Virus record (IMG/VR): IMGVR_UViG_3300031679_000007
Coordinates: 1-34,966 of that record
DNA: 34,966 bases
Reading direction: 5' to 3' (one strand)
Origin: a virus
Taxonomy: Duplodnaviria; Caudoviricetes
The position numbers were made by a program, and so were the translations under genes. The notes beneath the pieces were generated by a model. The model was not told the DNA's origin. It searched no databases and saw only the letters and a list, made by a program, of their open reading frames with translations. This document shows positions 34,477 to 34,966 of this stretch, in pieces (the stretch's first letter is position 1; each line of letters opens with the position of its first letter).

Positions 34477-34605
34477 TTACTGCCGTCGTTGCTGGGTTTT
34501 CGGTTGTTTCCGGGGCGGCGCGCTCGCGCTGGGCTTGCGTCGTTTGGGACGGAGCACCAGCGGTCGCACCTGAGCGGCGAGGGCAGCGGTTCCGGTGGCA
34601 GGCAC
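34477..34605 (-). CDS. 42-aa ORF whose first 16 residues duplicate the MCP N-terminus
   Basis: MPATGTAALAAQVRPLVLRPKRRKPSASAPPRKQPKTQQRRQ*, compared with the MCP start MPATGTSALSAEVKPL. Confidence 0.55.
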   Translation of the reverse strand: MPATGTAALAAQVRPLVLRPKRRKPSASAPPRKQPKTQQRRQ

Positions 34606-34617
34606 TGCTTTCAGCTC

Positions 34618-34966
34618 TCAGCCAGGACGGAACGTGTTGGGACTCCCCAACAGCCCTTCTCCAGTCCGCATGCTCGGTGTGCGCGCAGCCAGGCTGTCGC
34701 GAACGGCCTGGAGCTGCGCTCTCGTGCGCGCCGGGGCGTTCTTGTTGCCCTTGTGCCACACGATGTTGTCCAGGTCAGCTTCAGTCGCTTGTGGATGGGC
34801 CGCGGCCGGACGGCCGCCGTCCCGGTGAGGGATGACGTAGCCCTGCTGTCGGCCCAGTTCCCCCATTGCGTCGTTCACGTTCAGGGTTCCTCCGGTCGAT
34901 TGCTGCTGACGCGCGGCCAGCACGCGCTGACCGCTCTGGACGAGCGCTTGCGGAGAAGTGAAATCC
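34618..34966 (-). CDS. Scaffolding-like protein, C-terminal part (5' truncated)
   Basis: Open from the right edge to TGA 34618; position upstream of the MCP. Confidence 0.55.
   Translation of the reverse strand, partial: DFTSPQALVQSGQRVLAARQQQSTGGTLNVNDAMGELGRQQGYVIPHRDGGRPAAAHPQATEADLDNIVWHKGNKNAPARTRAQLQAVRDSLAARTPSMRTGEGLLGSPNTFRPG

Noticed and set aside
1-34966. tRNA/rRNA genes, integrase, att sites, lysis cassette, tape measure
   Set aside because: None were recognisable by eye. They may lie outside the window, so lifestyle and host are not assigned.

Overview
This window is a high-GC tailed-phage (Caudoviricetes) segment, probably most of a circularly permuted podovirus-like genome. 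No tape-measure gene, integrase, lysis gene or polymerase was recognised. The minus strand carries two blocks. The first is a structural block: scaffold C-terminus, N4-gp56-like major capsid protein (MCP), decoration protein, GT4 glycosyltransferase, a long repetitive tail fibre, two paralogous receptor-binding proteins, and adaptor and nozzle-like tail proteins. The second is a replication/packaging block: an initiator with internal iterons, TerS, TerL and a portal that runs off the left end. Between them (about 7.7-17.5 kb) is an early/accessory region with a PAPS-reductase-family gene, a Rad52/Sak-like annealase, an XRE regulator, many small Zn-binding ORFs and recurring promoter/operator motifs. 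The most striking signal is duplicated, recoded gene starts. An antisense HNH endonuclease sits inside codon 8 of a late gene. It takes its stop codon from the target's Ser codon and carries a new RBS plus a recoded copy of the first 8 codons, which rebuilds the gene. The MCP shows the same old-start/stop/new-RBS/recoded-start layout, plus a sharply AT-biased 42-codon patch. All calls come from reading the sequence and translations; no database searches were run.
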